64,000 nucleotides of DNA from Sphyrna mokarran (lineage: Eukaryota). Shown here one piece after another: positions 62,259-64,000 of this stretch. The DNA is taken from the NCBI GenBank assembly GCA_024679065.1, contig JAGIQG010000005.1:100750001-100814000 (forward strand), in the 5' to 3' direction. The notes beneath the pieces were generated by a model that searched no databases, was not told the origin of the DNA, and worked only from the letters and a program-made list of their open reading frames with translations. Made by a program: the position numbers and the translations under genes. How positions within the stretch are numbered: the stretch's first letter is position 1; the number at the start of each line of letters is the position of its first letter.

Positions 62259-64000
62259 AAACAACCACATGAAGAAACAAACCGTTTTAGGGCAGGAAAA
62301 GACTCCAGATGGAGGGCCACTCTTTAAAAAAAGCATCTACAGCCAGCAAAATCAGGCAGCGAAGACCTGAAAGAAGAGGCACTGAGGACCTCAAAGGAGA
62401 GGCAACAGAGGACCGCAGGTCTAGGGCAATGAAATATACTAAAGGAAGCAATGAAAGATCCCATAAGTGGAGCAACAAAATTCACCAAATGACAGGCAAC
62501 AAATGACTCCCAAAATGAGCATCAAATGATCAGTTGAAGGACAAGAGAATCATGAAATGGAAACAAGTCCACACTTGGCTAGTGAACAGTCCAGAACTGA
62601 ACTCAGTAAGCAGCATGCCTGCACGGAACAACTCCATGCAAAAGTATATTTGGAACTTCCGAAGACTACCAATAGAAGTTTGCTTATGTTTCAACACACA
62701 AGCTTTAAGATCTCATCATAAACCATCATCATTGCAAAATAAGGAACCCATTTTAAGCACATAATATCAAACTTTCATAATGAATCAACTTGCATCCTCA
62801 GAATTAGTGTCTCTAAGAGCAACTCCTATCATACCAAATAGATAAATCAAACCTAGGTCCCTGGCGCTGTGAGTCTCTGATGCTTTCACAGGATTGATGT
62901 TAATAGGAACTGCAAACATGGGTATCCCTTCTGGCACGGGTGACTAATCACAACTTGCTTCCATAGAAACATCAGTTATATCTAAAACAGTTTGGTCAGA
63001 TACTTTGGTACTTACAGATTTGAGAAAATTCCTTGATAGCAACATTGTTTGCTGAAAAATGTCACTACTCAAAAGATTCACGTGTTTATGAGCAATCTGT
63101 ATCTCTGCAATTGCATTGCTCTATCAGTTACAGAAAACTCCTCAAAGACACAAATTATGATTGTCCAACTTACGTATATAATTTTTAGTTAGAATTCAAG
63201 ATTGAGTAAATTAGTTATTGAAGATGATTTAAAGAGGTTAAAGGGCGAGGGACATGGTGATTGCCCCTTTTAAGGATATACAGCAGAATAAGGTCACATC
63301 GCCTGGGTGACCAATCAGGATTCTGAAATTATCCCAGAGGGAGGAGTTCTTTTAGGCAGAGGATTTCAGAACTAGCTGCAGACATGCTAATGCTCTTGTT
63401 GATCTTTGTAAATAAATCCGTTGTTTATTCATGAAGTCCCTGAAAGTATATCATTACACCCAATATTTGAGAAGTTAGTAATGGTAATGACTGTTGTGCA
63501 ATCATTAGCAAACATCTTTGGATGTGGAAAGGTCATTGCTGAAACATCTGAAGACAGCACCCAAAGCAACTTCTGCAGTCTTGGGGCTGAGGTAATTTAT
63601 TTCCAATAACAACAACCATCATCCTTTCCACTAGGTATGACACCATCCAGTGGAGCATTTCTCCTGATTTTTTACTTTAATTTTGCTAGGGCTCTTTGAT
63701 GCCAATTCAGTTAAATGCTATCTTGATGTCAAGGGCAGTCTCATGTCAACTTTTTTGTCCATGAAGCTGATTTACCCAAGTGGAACCCAAACTGAATGTT
63801 AGTGAATAAATTATGAATTTGGAAATTTACTCTAGAGATTTAAACAGCTTTTCTGAACTGATGTTGAAATTAATGATTTCATTCCAAATTGCATGCATGG
63901 CAAATAATTCTTTAGCAACTATTGGGACATTTTTCTCGTGGCTATTATATATAGTGACAGCATAGTCATAGTGAGTATATTCCCATGATTTCTATTTCTA

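Larger units (their letters stand above)
60815..63458 (+). mobile_element. Decayed Gypsy-type LTR retrotransposon with two ~205 bp LTRs (60815-61026 and 63253-63458)
   Basis: Direct repeats share tggtgattg..gggtgaccaatcaggattc..ggaggagttct..gcagacat..atgaagtc.ctgaaag; right LTR ends tcattaca and has aataaa; PBS-like gtgatgaggat; PPT aaagggcgaggga; gag-like start atgcctctctttggg (MPLFG). Confidence 0.75.
60025..63810 (-). mobile_element. CR1-group LINE (DeuSINE-partner family); pieces 60025-60810 and 63460-63810 split by an LTR element
   Basis: ORF 60618..60860 QQDLASIHTWAGKWQV..CQAMIS; the downstream piece holds FAND (tcattagcaaaca) and ALDIK (ttgatgtcaagggc) on the minus strand. Confidence 0.8.

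Noticed and set aside
1-64000. CRISPR arrays, operons or prokaryotic defence systems; scattered ATGCAAAT octamers
   Set aside because: Sequence is vertebrate repeat-rich DNA with no regularly spaced repeat-spacer array; a few octamers are expected by chance in AT-rich DNA

Overview
Eukaryotic, AT-rich, CpG-poor, repeat-dense non-coding DNA from a cartilaginous fish. The taxon is inferred from the repeat repertoire: HE1-type V-SINEs, HER1/CR1-type LINEs, a DeuSINE resembling SacSINE1 and Penelope-like elements; probably a shark. No host protein-coding gene could be identified. Every ORF with a recognisable product is a decayed retroelement fragment (CR1 APE/RT, Rex1/Babar, Penelope GIY-YIG, Gypsy gag), so the window is most likely deep intron or intergenic DNA. 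There is a 131-N assembly gap at 31694-31824. The most notable observations are: (1) a CR1 family, present twice, whose 3' UTR contains a captured V-SINE; (2) V-SINEs with two different LINE-derived tails (CR1-type and Rex1/Babar-type); (3) two short-range templated duplications, one direct and one a ~235 bp inverted repeat; (4) Penelope-like elements carrying decayed hammerhead ribozyme cores and fold-back ends; (5) a cryptic two-LTR Gypsy relic splitting a LINE. I see no convincing novel protein-coding system. Family names come from motif recognition by eye, not database searches, and boundaries are approximate.
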